A stretch of DNA of 64,000 nucleotides from a virus (IMGVR_UViG_3300021400_000034:96001-160000); one strand, 5' to 3'; positions 30,912-39,640 are shown, counted from the stretch's first letter. Translations and numbers: made by a program. The notes: a model not told the origin generated them from the letters alone.

Positions 30912-31799
30912 ATGAATATCTGGGACAACAAGATCGAGACCAAGTCCGGCGCCACCTTCAGCCTCCACTACCGTGGCCTCAAGAACAAGACCTACTCCGG
31001 ATTCCTCCGCAACATCGAATGGCCGCGCAACTGCTCCATCTCGATTCCGAAGACCAAGGGCATGGCTGCATTCCAGGCCATCGTCGACCAGGTGATCGAC
31101 AACGAAGACAAGTTCAACTCTGCGAACACTCTCGGCCGTCCTCGCTACTACGACATCCTCGCCAACGGCGTCGCAGGTCTGCCGACCGAGAACAAGGTCT
31201 TCAAGCTGCGTGAATCCAACCCGGACTTCCACACCTACAAGAACTCCAAGCGCATGTGGTACTACAAGTCCATCGGCGGCAACTTCAACATGAAGTCCAT
31301 CAAGATCAATCACATGCGTCTGATCGACTCTGTCTCCTTCAAGGAACTCTTCCCGTTCATCAAGAACGAAGAAGTCAAGGAAGTGCTCGAAGCGCTCCGC
31401 CGCCAGAAGTTCGAATTCGAAGGCGAGTTCATCAACTTCTGCGACCAGCTCATCGACGCTACTGAGGACACCATGATTCAGTCCTACAACTCCTACATGA
31501 AGAGCTTGGTCGGCACCCACAAGACTCTCACCCGCAGCAAGAAGGACGGGACTCCGTCTCTCACTTACTACGTCTACGTCTCTGCGGACGCCTCTGCTGC
31601 CGACAAGGCGCTCCAGGAATCCGCTGGTCGTCAGGACATTCCGGCCAGCGCGAACGTCAAGGTCATCGAACTGAAGATGTTCCCGGAAGACTCCATCGCC
31701 AACGCCATGACCGACAAGGTCCGCCACGACAAGCTGGAAGCCATCAAGGCTTACTTCGCCGAGCGCAAGGCTGCCAAGAAGTCCAAGAAGGCTGCATAA
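30912..31799 (+). CDS. hypothetical early protein
   Basis: very strong C-ending codon bias; promoter and terminator flank it. Confidence 0.85.
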   Translation: MNIWDNKIETKSGATFSLHYRGLKNKTYSGFLRNIEWPRNCSISIPKTKGMAAFQAIVDQVIDNEDKFNSANTLGRPRYYDILANGVAGLPTENKVFKLRESNPDFHTYKNSKRMWYYKSIGGNFNMKSIKINHMRLIDSVSFKELFPFIKNEEVKEVLEALRRQKFEFEGEFINFCDQLIDATEDTMIQSYNSYMKSLVGTHKTLTRSKKDGTPSLTYYVYVSADASAADKALQESAGRQDIPASANVKVIELKMFPEDSIANAMTDKVRHDKLEAIKAYFAERKAAKKSKKAA

Positions 31800-32037
31800 C
31801 TCTTTACCATATCTAGCAATAGAGCGGGCCTCTAACTTGAGGCCCCTCTTTCTAACTTCAACTACTCTCGACCCGTTAAGTACATTCCGACGCAGCGGAA
31901 AGAGAACTGGGAAAATAATGGTGACATATAAATAGAATGTTCCTATCACTCAAACGAGCAGAAATTCCGCCTTTCTGGGCGGAATTTTTGTGTTCAGAAT
32001 TTGTCTATATTTTGATCATTTATATAAGGAAACTGCT

Positions 32038-32727
32038 ATGGCAAGAATATACTCAAACTGGAAAGAGGCTTACGGCGAGATCAAGCGCGACGTCTCTGAG
32101 AACGGCATCTCTGTCCACACTAAGACCTACCAGAACAAGGACATCGAGAAGAACCCGATGTTCGAGACTAAAGAGATCCAGAACTACTCGTGGGTGCTCC
32201 AGAACGCTAAGTCTTCCGACATCACTGGCGTTACGCAGCCGTGGGCGGACGCTGAGTTCAAAGAACGCATCGACCCTAATGATCTCAACCCAGGCGAAGC
32301 TTGGAAGCTCAGAGCGGACGTATGGACCGAGTTCCTGATGGACGGCAAGCAGAGCTACACGTACAACGAGCGCTACCACCGCAACGACCAGCTCAACAAG
32401 GTCATTCAGTGTCTCAAGAACGACCCGATGACGCGTCAGGCATGGCTATCTATGTGGGATCCGAACGAAGATCCAGACAAGTTCACTGGCGTTGGACGCT
32501 GTCCGTGCACTCTGGGCTACCACTTCTTCTATCGTGGCGGAAAGCTCAACATGCACAACGTGATGCGTTCATGCGACATCTACACTCACTTCTGCAACGA
32601 CGTGTACCTCTCTATCCGTCTCCTCGAGTATGTGGCGATGAAAGTAGGTATGCCCGTAGGAAACTTCCAGCAGACTGTGTTCTCGCTCCACGCATACCGC
32701 AAAGACTTCGAAGACAGCATCTTCTAA
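32038..32727 (+). CDS. thymidylate-synthase-family protein, probable dCMP hydroxymethylase/methylase
   Basis: YTY.ER, DPMTRQA, PCT, MRSCD.....NDVY and SLHAY motifs. Confidence 0.85.
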   Translation: MARIYSNWKEAYGEIKRDVSENGISVHTKTYQNKDIEKNPMFETKEIQNYSWVLQNAKSSDITGVTQPWADAEFKERIDPNDLNPGEAWKLRADVWTEFLMDGKQSYTYNERYHRNDQLNKVIQCLKNDPMTRQAWLSMWDPNEDPDKFTGVGRCPCTLGYHFFYRGGKLNMHNVMRSCDIYTHFCNDVYLSIRLLEYVAMKVGMPVGNFQQTVFSLHAYRKDFEDSIF

Positions 32728-32804
32728 TCTGATCTTCCACTAGAACAAAAAAGAGACGGGCCGCAAGCTCGTCTTTTTCTATAAATAAATTGGAGAAAAA
32801 GACT

Positions 32805-33794
32805 ATGGATAGACACGAAGCACTACGCATCATCAAAGAGTCTGGCCTCATCGCTGAGAAGATGACAGAGGAAGAGAAGGCAGCTAAGCGCAAGGCCCGT
32901 AGAGAGGCACGCAAGGCTGAAGCTAACGCATACAAAGACGCTCACGTGACATTCAAGACGAACAAGAACTCTGGCATATATAGCGACATAATCTACGAGC
33001 TCTGCAAGATGTTCAGTTCTGAGCTGGGCTCATTCGAGATCAGAAAGGGATCAGACGATGGATCCGACTACATGTACATCTTCGATCAGAAGAACGACGC
33101 TTCTGGAAATTCTCACAGGGCAGTGATCGAGTTCGATCTGAGACAGATGAGAAAGCTCTGCATCGTCGCTCACCTTGAAATCGACGGCAGAGACACTGGC
33201 GACACCTTCGGCTATAGAGACTCCGAGGGAAGTCAGGGAATGTTCACTCAACAAGATCTCAACTGGGAATGGCACGAGTACGCTAAGGGACGTTTCAGCA
33301 GCTTCGACATCGACGTAACTATCAACAAGAAGGACTTCTCTGAGTGGCTCAAGAGAATATGCGCAAAGGCTTCTAGCGCTCTAGATCGTGCAGTCGCTAT
33401 GGCTAACGAAGAGACTAAGGATCCTAGCGAGAGAGGAATTCCTAACTTCGAGCACTTGGAGTTCGAGTTCACAGATGATTCGATCGACTCTATGACTGGA
33501 GAAAGGCTTAGATACAGAGTCCCGAAGTCTTTTGTGATGGAGTTCTTCCACAAGAACTGTGGAGAGGACAACAACAGCTACAAGGACTTCAAGAACTTCT
33601 TCGACAGCCTGGACATCAGCTACATGAGAAGCATGAGCGAGCCAGCGTCACTCTTCAGAGGAAGCTTCAGCTTCAGCCAGTACAAGTGGTTCAAGAGAGG
33701 CGGTGGAGAGCTGCAGGGTCGTCTATGGTCGTTCCCTGCATTCAGTGGATACGAGAACGATGATGTAGAAGTCAAGGGCTGGAAGCTATCTTAA
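32805..33794 (+). CDS. putative internal virion protein
   Basis: late promoter; MDRHEALRIIKESGLIAE. Confidence 0.7.
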   Translation: MDRHEALRIIKESGLIAEKMTEEEKAAKRKARREARKAEANAYKDAHVTFKTNKNSGIYSDIIYELCKMFSSELGSFEIRKGSDDGSDYMYIFDQKNDASGNSHRAVIEFDLRQMRKLCIVAHLEIDGRDTGDTFGYRDSEGSQGMFTQQDLNWEWHEYAKGRFSSFDIDVTINKKDFSEWLKRICAKASSALDRAVAMANEETKDPSERGIPNFEHLEFEFTDDSIDSMTGERLRYRVPKSFVMEFFHKNCGEDNNSYKDFKNFFDSLDISYMRSMSEPASLFRGSFSFSQYKWFKRGGGELQGRLWSFPAFSGYENDDVEVKGWKLS

Positions 33795-33872
33795 CGAAAT
33801 CTATGTTCCGCTCCACTGAGAGCGGAATTTTTGTGTTCAGAATTTGTCTATATTTAAAGCTGAGGTAACTTT

Positions 33873-34421
33873 ATGAACATTGTAGTCTACGGCTGCGACA
33901 ACTCTGGAAAGACATCGCTAGCCAATCACATCGCGGACAAGTTCAAGTTCGAATACATCCGCAGCAAAGGCGGTCCCAAGATGGACCTGATCGAAGTTCT
34001 CAAGTACATCCACGAGAATCTCTGCTCTGGCGGAAACAAAGTCTTCGACCGCTTCACGCCTATCGAGGAGTTCGCCAACGGCATCGCTCTCCGCAACGAG
34101 AACAAGATCGCCACGAGCTTCATCGACACCAGCGACTTTTTCAGCTCTGTCAGCCTGTTCATCTACGCTCGTCCCGACATGGAGACCGTCAAGAACTTTG
34201 GCGATCGTGAGCAGATGGACGGAATTATCAAGAACATAGACCGTCTTCGCAGTCTATATGACTTCTACACTGTCGACAAGATCGAGAACGACAGACCGCT
34301 CTACATCTTTGACTGGACTAAGGATCCGAGCTACGACAAGATCGACAAGTTCTTGGAGATGTGGATCGAGAACGACGAGAACATCGCAAAAGCTTTCGCG
34401 CAGGGCTCCTGCTGCGCATAA
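33873..34421 (+). CDS. P-loop deoxynucleoside monophosphate kinase
   Basis: GCDNSGKT Walker A; FDRF motif. Confidence 0.8.
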   Translation: MNIVVYGCDNSGKTSLANHIADKFKFEYIRSKGGPKMDLIEVLKYIHENLCSGGNKVFDRFTPIEEFANGIALRNENKIATSFIDTSDFFSSVSLFIYARPDMETVKNFGDREQMDGIIKNIDRLRSLYDFYTVDKIENDRPLYIFDWTKDPSYDKIDKFLEMWIENDENIAKAFAQGSCCA

Positions 34422-34438
34422 CTCTAGAGGAAACACCA

Positions 34439-35059
34439 ATGAACGTAACTGACTTCAAAGACAACAAAGAGTACATCAAGTACATGGACAAGGGCATCAT
34501 CCCTGGCATCTTCGGACTCCAGGACACCCTGATCGACGCATACGTGAAGATCGAAGGAGAGAACGACCCGCAGAATCCGTACAACATCCACCGTCATCTC
34601 GACATCAACAACACTCGCGACCAGCTGATCATCAAGATCCTCTCTCAGCGCGTGATCGAAGAGCTCGCCGAGATGAGCATGGCTGGACACAACATCGAGC
34701 ACGTCAAGGAAGAGTTCGTAGACGCTCTCATCTTCGCGACGGAGATGATGATCTTGCTAGACGTGAAGGCCGAGGATCTCAACGAAGACTACACGCTCAA
34801 CGACAACTACAGTCTGCCGTTCGGAAACAGAATGATCGTGATCGACTATCTCGCTTCCGCGACGAACTGCTTGAAGAACAAGAGCTGGAAGAAGGATCAG
34901 GTGCTCGTGGACGCTAAAGCGTTCTGGCGCAGAATCATGAAGTTCTACCAGCACCTCTTGGCGCTCGGCACTAACATCTTCGGATCGAACACGGACATGT
35001 TCCTCTACTTCTACGCGAAGTGGTCGACGAACAAGTTCCGTCAGGTCTCGAACTACTAA
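34439..35059 (+). CDS. all-alpha (MazG-like) dUTPase/dCTPase
   Basis: EELAE...EEFVDAL, LKNKSWKK and K...NKFRQ.SNY motifs. Confidence 0.75.
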   Translation: MNVTDFKDNKEYIKYMDKGIIPGIFGLQDTLIDAYVKIEGENDPQNPYNIHRHLDINNTRDQLIIKILSQRVIEELAEMSMAGHNIEHVKEEFVDALIFATEMMILLDVKAEDLNEDYTLNDNYSLPFGNRMIVIDYLASATNCLKNKSWKKDQVLVDAKAFWRRIMKFYQHLLALGTNIFGSNTDMFLYFYAKWSTNKFRQVSNY

Positions 35060-35496
35060 CTGATCCATAGCAGAGCCGCGAGAGTGGAGCCGTCATGAGC
35101 TCCGCTCTTTTTGTGTAGATGCAACTATGTAGAGGCAACCATGTTTAGAAAGTTTTACAAAAGTTTCTCATAAAAATATGTATATTGTTGTATAAATAAA
35201 ACAATCAAAGCTGGAATACAGCGCAAAGGAATAAAATGATCCTGACCGGAACGACATATCAGTCAAAATACGCCAATCACAAGGCGGTTGAAAATTGCGG
35301 TCGCGATCAAGGCTTGAGAAGCATCGATCCAAGATTTGCAATCGAGCCGAACCGCTGCGAATGACTTCCAGTCTCTAAGACGCTTTTATAAGAGGAGAAC
35401 GAGGAAGTCACCACGACTTCCTCTCTTTTTTGTATAAGCGTCGAAACACCGTCTCGTGAAGATGATGTGCAGATTGACATTTCGGCAATGACTTAT

Positions 35497-35570
35497 GGAC
35501 CGGTAGCCCAACTGGCAGAGGCAGGGCACTCAAAACGCCCGCAGTGATGGTTCGAATCCATCTCGGTCCA
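35497..35570 (+). tRNA. tRNA-Leu(CAA), short variable arm
   Basis: cloverleaf, loop CTCAAAA. Confidence 0.85.
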
Positions 35571-35575
35571 CTTAT

Positions 35576-35649
35576 GGGGCTGCATGTACCAAGGCTGGCG
35601 ATGGATCTTAGCAAGATTCGTGAGAAGGGTTCGATTCCCTTCGGTTCCA
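35576..35649 (+). tRNA. tRNA-Ala(AGC)
   Basis: G3:U70 pair, loop TTAGCAA. Confidence 0.75.
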
Positions 35650-35655
35650 CTACAT

Positions 35656-35729
35656 TAGGTCGTAGTTCTAATTGGCAGAACGCCTGGCCGTTAACCAGGA
35701 TGTTGCAGGTTCGAGTCCTGCCCTCCCAG
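35656..35729 (+). pseudogene. tRNA-Asn(GTT)-like, acceptor stem broken
   Basis: D, anticodon and T arms intact; 3 acceptor mismatches; C33. Confidence 0.6.
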
Positions 35730-35736
35730 CTAATTT

Positions 35737-35810
35737 CAGCGTATAGCTCAGTCTGGTAGAGCGTTGGTTTCGGGTACCAAAGGTCGGTGGTTCGAATCCA
35801 CCTACGCTGA
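35737..35810 (+). tRNA. tRNA-Pro(CGG)
   Basis: cloverleaf, loop TTCGGGT. Confidence 0.9.
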
Positions 35811-35846
35811 CTCTTTAGAAAAACTTTGAAAATGACAAAATTTGAC

Positions 35847-35875
35847 TTTACAAAACAGCTAAAAATTCCTATAAT
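35847..35875 (+). promoter_or_regulatory. sigma70-like early promoter
   Basis: TTTACA-N17-TATAAT. Confidence 0.75.
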
Positions 35876-35911
35876 ATATATGTAAAACTCTTAAAGAAAA
35901 GGACCTGAACT

Positions 35912-36253
35912 ATGAAATTCAGAATCGTCTACATCGGCAACACCCGCCACATCAAGGAACTCAAGGCTGCAGCCCAGGAATTCAACCCCACCGCCCGCTC
36001 TCAGTGGCTCGGGATCTGCTTCCCGGACGACGCGATCGAAGCTGAAGTCGAAAGCGTAGAAGAGGGCAAGAAGCTCATGGCCCACATCTACAAGAAGGTC
36101 AACTGCTTCCCGAAGAAGTACTCTTACGTGGACGGACCGGAATGGTGGTCCAACGACATGAAGCACTTCCTCGGCACTTCTGTCTGCTCCGACCGCTTCG
36201 ACTACGAGAAGCCAGTCACCGAAGAACACTTTGAAGACTTCTTGGAGGCATAA
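35912..36253 (+). CDS. hypothetical early protein
   Basis: promoter plus AAGGACC RBS. Confidence 0.75.
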   Translation: MKFRIVYIGNTRHIKELKAAAQEFNPTARSQWLGICFPDDAIEAEVESVEEGKKLMAHIYKKVNCFPKKYSYVDGPEWWSNDMKHFLGTSVCSDRFDYEKPVTEEHFEDFLEA

Positions 36254-36537
36254 TGATCTGGAAGCGCTCTACATACAGTCACAGCGGAACGCTCGCTGTG
36301 TTCGCAAACGATGACGATGGCAGTCCTTACGGCGTCGCTACCGTATATCTGGAAGGGCAGAGCGAAACGCTCCCCAGAGACTGCGCATTCGTCGATACGA
36401 ACAACTGGCCAGACATCGTCGAGACGCTGGAGAAAGCCGATCTCGCTGAAGAGCTGATCGACTCCTATGGCTCTTCGGGATTCTGCGTCTATCCAGCGAT
36501 GCGCTTCAAGATCGAGAAGATCTCGGAAGCACGATAA
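36253..36537 (+). CDS. DUF4313-like protein
   Basis: PYGVATV...AFVDTNN.P...SGFCVYP. Confidence 0.7.
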   Translation: MIWKRSTYSHSGTLAVFANDDDGSPYGVATVYLEGQSETLPRDCAFVDTNNWPDIVETLEKADLAEELIDSYGSSGFCVYPAMRFKIEKISEAR

Positions 36538-36557
36538 ATTAAGTAGATTTGTTCTAC

Positions 36558-36631
36558 GCCCCGATAGCTCAGCTGGATAGAGCAACTGCCTTCTAAGCAG
36601 TAGGTCGCAGGTTCGAATCCTGCTCGGGGTA
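36558..36631 (+). tRNA. tRNA-Arg(TCT)
   Basis: cloverleaf, loop CTTCTAA. Confidence 0.93.
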
Positions 36632-36755
36632 CTACCGAGTCTAGCTCTCGACCTATATCCTCACACAAATATGGGTTTCCCTTAAACTAACATACTGCTA
36701 GACTCTGTCATGGTCTTCTCCGTTCCCATGAATAAAGAACCGAGACGCCTTTCAT

Positions 36756-36829
36756 GGATCTGTATGACAACTGGAATAGTCGAGGCGACTTTTAATCGTC
36801 GGATCTGGGTTCGAGTCCCGGCAGGTCCA
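36756..36829 (+). tRNA. tRNA-Lys(TTT)
   Basis: cloverleaf, loop CTTTTAA. Confidence 0.88.
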
Positions 36830-36842
36830 CTAACATAGAACA

Positions 36843-37034
36843 ATGGAGATGAAGATGAAGAAAGACAAGAAAGAGCCTGAGACTTGGGAAGAGAAGAAGA
36901 ACCGCTGGGAGAAGCAGACGAAGAAGGCACTGTCTTTCGCTAAACAGAGCGGAATCGACGTCAAGAAGTTACAACGCGAACGAGCTAAGAACGAAGCTGA
37001 GAAGAGAGATCGATCTCGTTCGCAGTTCTTCTAA
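36843..37034 (+). CDS. small basic protein
   Basis: ORF filling a tRNA spacer; codon bias. Confidence 0.55.
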   Translation: MEMKMKKDKKEPETWEEKKNRWEKQTKKALSFAKQSGIDVKKLQRERAKNEAEKRDRSRSQFF

Positions 37035-37039
37035 GACAA

Positions 37040-37124
37040 GGCCACATGGCGGAACTGGTAGACGCTATGGACTTAAAATCCATTGAAGGTAATCTTCGTG
37101 AGAGTTCGAGTCTCTCTGCGGCTA
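37040..37124 (+). tRNA. tRNA-Leu(TAA)
   Basis: long variable arm, loop CTTAAAA. Confidence 0.88.
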
Positions 37125-37127
37125 TAC

Positions 37128-37219
37128 TGGGCAGTCGCCAAGTCTGGTTCAAGGCCCCGGACTTTGACTCCGGTAGAGAGGAAGTTCCTCCGTCAGTGGT
37201 TCGAATCCACTCTGCCCAA
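37128..37219 (+). tRNA. tRNA-Gln(TTG) with long variable arm
   Basis: U1-A72, loop CTTTGAC, extra GAGGAA-g-TTCCTC hairpin. Confidence 0.8.
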
Positions 37220-37240
37220 TAAAAAATTCTAGAAATAGGG

Positions 37241-37269
37241 TTTAGAAACTGAACTTCAATTTCTATATT
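37241..37269 (+). promoter_or_regulatory. sigma70-like promoter driving the RNA island
   Basis: TTTAGA-N17-TATATT. Confidence 0.7.
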
Positions 37270-37340
37270 CTAATCATCGTCAATCGATGAGGCTCTTCCG
37301 AGAGAAGAACCAGCAAATTGAAATTTCGGCAATGACTTAT

Positions 37341-37414
37341 TCCACTCTAGCTCAATTGGTAGTAGCGGGCGGCTGTTAACCGCCAGGTTCCTGGTTCGAG
37401 TCCAGGGAGTGGAG
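37341..37414 (+). tRNA. tRNA-Asn(GTT)
   Basis: cloverleaf, loop CTGTTAA. Confidence 0.92.
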
Positions 37415-37419
37415 CTACA

Positions 37420-37820
37420 CACGCGGTAATTGTTTTACAGTTTCTGCTTGGCGTGAGCATTCCTCCGTCCGGGGTGCCTTTTGAGCCCTCGGGTCGCGGT
37501 AAAAGAATGAAACTGGAGAGACTAAGTTGAAAAGGCTGCGATGTACCGCACAGGTGAAGTAAGTGCAACAACACTGGTTTCGAATTAAATGGCGAGGAGC
37601 CATCGAGAGAAGTCGAACTGTGGTAAGAGCAGAGGCTCTACGCTCTGGAGGTTGCATACTCCGGACGTGGACTACAAAGTGCATCCGATCGTCGCGGATA
37701 TTCTTCTTTCGATACGGGCAAATCGCAAGTCAGGAACAGTCATGCAAGACTCAGTACTGGCGAGCTCTTTAACGAGAGAGAACACTGCACTGAGGTCACC
37801 GCAGTCTAATCAAACCTCAC
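37420..37820 (+). ncRNA. candidate ~400-nt structured RNA
   Basis: no credible ORF; multiple hairpins; 3' pseudoknot CTGC/GCAG plus TGAGG/CCTCA. Confidence 0.45.
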
Positions 37821-37823
37821 CTC

Positions 37824-37896
37824 GGGGCCGTGGCGCAATTGGTAGCGCATCAGATTTGCATTCTGAGGGTTGCGGGTCCGACTCCCGCCGGTTCCA
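37824..37896 (+). tRNA. tRNA-Ala(TGC)
   Basis: G3:U70 pair, loop TTTGCAT. Confidence 0.88.
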
Positions 37897-37899
37897 CTA

Positions 37900-37960
37900 T
37901 AGATCCTAACAGCAATTCAAAGCACATTCCTGTTAAGAATCGAAAGCTAAAATGGATCTA
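37900..37960 (+). ncRNA. ACAGCAA cassette 1 (Asn GTT anticodon arm cargo)
   Basis: TAGATCC-ta-ACAGCAA...ATTC-CTGTTAA-GAAT...GGATCTA. Confidence 0.75.
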
Positions 37961-37967
37961 GTCATTT

Positions 37968-38040
37968 CAGTCTGTACGTCAATTGGTAGACGGATGGTTT
38001 TGGGAACCATTAGTTGAGTGTTCGAGTCACTCCAGACTGA
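37968..38040 (+). tRNA. tRNA-Pro(TGG)
   Basis: cloverleaf, loop TTTGGGA. Confidence 0.88.
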
Positions 38041-38161
38041 CTACTAAAAGAGGGACAAGAGGCTTCCACCTCCTGATCGAATTTCGTCGTTCGATCTCAC
38101 CTCTATACAATATGAGGATATGGAAGAATCCTCGTAAAAATAAAGATAACAGAGGCGAATT

Positions 38162-38944
38162 ATGATTTGCGAAAATTGCGGAAAAGAACATGACGGTTCT
38201 TACGGAAGTGGAAGATTCTGCTCTAGAGATTGCAGATTTTCTTATATAGGTAAACAGACTAACAAGAATGGTAAACATACTGGTCATCCTAATTATAATA
38301 CTGGAAGGACTCATTTTACTGCTTCACCAGATGGATGGAAATGCAAATGGTGTGATTTAGTCTTTAGAACTAGACGTGAACGTTCAAAACATTCAAATGA
38401 AGTTCATATACGCGATAAAAAGCATCCTTGGAATTATGGACTAACCAAAGATACTTCTAAAAAGGTAAAAGAGAGTACAGAATTAGTTAGGGAACTATAC
38501 AAAGCTGGAAAAATTCGTAAACCTGACAAAAAATTAGTATGGACGGAAGAGAGAAGACAAAGACAATCTGATAAGAAAAAGAAGTTTTATTCTGAACATC
38601 CAGAAGCACATCCAAATCGAAAATTAGCTAATAATCGTTCTAAGATGAGTTATCCAGAAAAGATAGTTTACGATTGGCTTACTGAGAAAAACATATCTTT
38701 TGAACATAATAAGCTGATAAGAACTAAAACTATTACGAGATATGTAGATTTTTATCTAAAAGACAATAATCTTATAATAGAAGTTGATGGAGAATTTTGG
38801 CACAATAGAAAGATTGAAAAAGATAAAAAGAAAGATTTTGAAGCCGAAGAAGCCGGTTATACTACTCTCCGAATAAAAGCAAAAGAGAGGATAATAGACC
38901 GATTAAATGACTTCTTCAGCTATCATATAAAAACGCTGGAATAG
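38162..38944 (+). CDS. putative homing endonuclease, Zn fingers plus Vsr/DUF559-like nuclease domain
   Basis: CENC...FCSRDC, PWNYGLTK, SYPE and VDF...IIEVDGEFWH motifs; AT-rich. Confidence 0.8.
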   Translation: MICENCGKEHDGSYGSGRFCSRDCRFSYIGKQTNKNGKHTGHPNYNTGRTHFTASPDGWKCKWCDLVFRTRRERSKHSNEVHIRDKKHPWNYGLTKDTSKKVKESTELVRELYKAGKIRKPDKKLVWTEERRQRQSDKKKKFYSEHPEAHPNRKLANNRSKMSYPEKIVYDWLTEKNISFEHNKLIRTKTITRYVDFYLKDNNLIIEVDGEFWHNRKIEKDKKKDFEAEEAGYTTLRIKAKERIIDRLNDFFSYHIKTLE

Positions 38945-39007
38945 CTCAGCTGGTAGAGCAGGGCTTTCGTAAAGCTCAGGTCGGCAGTTCGAGCCTGTCT
39001 TCCAGCG
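38935..39007 (+). tRNA. tRNA-Thr(CGT)
   Basis: loop TTCGTAA; overlaps the endonuclease stop codon. Confidence 0.88.
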
Positions 39008-39019
39008 CTACTGAAATTA

Positions 39020-39142
39020 GAGATGGTAACAGCAATTCTCTTTAGGCTGGTAACCTCGTGGTCGCGGGTTCGAGTCCCGTCTGGTCAGTCTCCGGATTGA
39101 TCGGTAGCTCAGTTGGTAGAGCACGTACAAGAAATCCATCTC
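39020..39142 (+). ncRNA. ACAGCAA cassette 2 (circularly permuted tRNA-Thr(GGT))
   Basis: GAGATGG/CCATCTC stem; 3' half 39044-39088 precedes 5' half 39098-39125. Confidence 0.85.
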
Positions 39143-39148
39143 GTCTTT

Positions 39149-39222
39149 GGTGCCGTGGTGAAGTGGCCTAACACATCGGTCTGTCTAACCGACATACGCG
39201 AGTTCGAATCTCGCCGGCATCG
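39149..39222 (+). tRNA. tRNA-Asp(GTC)
   Basis: loop CTGTCTA. Confidence 0.88.
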
Positions 39223-39225
39223 CTA

Positions 39226-39552
39226 TGATCTGAAGGAGAGACTCTAGCAATAGTGGAGTCGCTATCCTTGCAAAGGCCGCTACATTGAGCGTTACTTCGC
39301 CGTCAATTGGATCCAATGGAAGGACGCTTACTGGTTGATCAGCAGAAGTCAATTCGACGTCAACATGATGTCACCGACGAAGGCTGTGATGGAGTCAGGG
39401 GAGAGCATAGGCATAAGCATCCTGGCCCGGCCGCTGGAATCTCGAATTCATTTCAACCATCGAACGAGTCCGATGGTTCTATCGCGAAAAATAACGGCAT
39501 AAGCGCGAGACAGGTAAAGTCTTCGGTCACAAGACTATAAATGACCGGCCGT
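39226..39552 (+). ncRNA. candidate ~330-nt structured RNA
   Basis: 3' pseudoknot AGTCTT/AAGACT plus CGGTCA/TGACCG; no credible ORF. Confidence 0.45.
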
Positions 39553-39556
39553 ACAA

Positions 39557-39640
39557 GTCAGCTTCGGATAGCGGCAATTCCAGGAGACTGTAAATCTCCT
39601 GCCTTAACGGGCTTCGTAGGTTCGAGTCCTACAGCTGGCA
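39557..39640 (+). tRNA. tRNA-Tyr(GTA)
   Basis: loop CTGTAAA, long variable arm. Confidence 0.88.

Noticed and set aside
37555-37580. RNase P RNA (AGTGCAACA match)
   Set aside because: The conserved GAGGAAAGTCC and 3' P4 motifs were not found.
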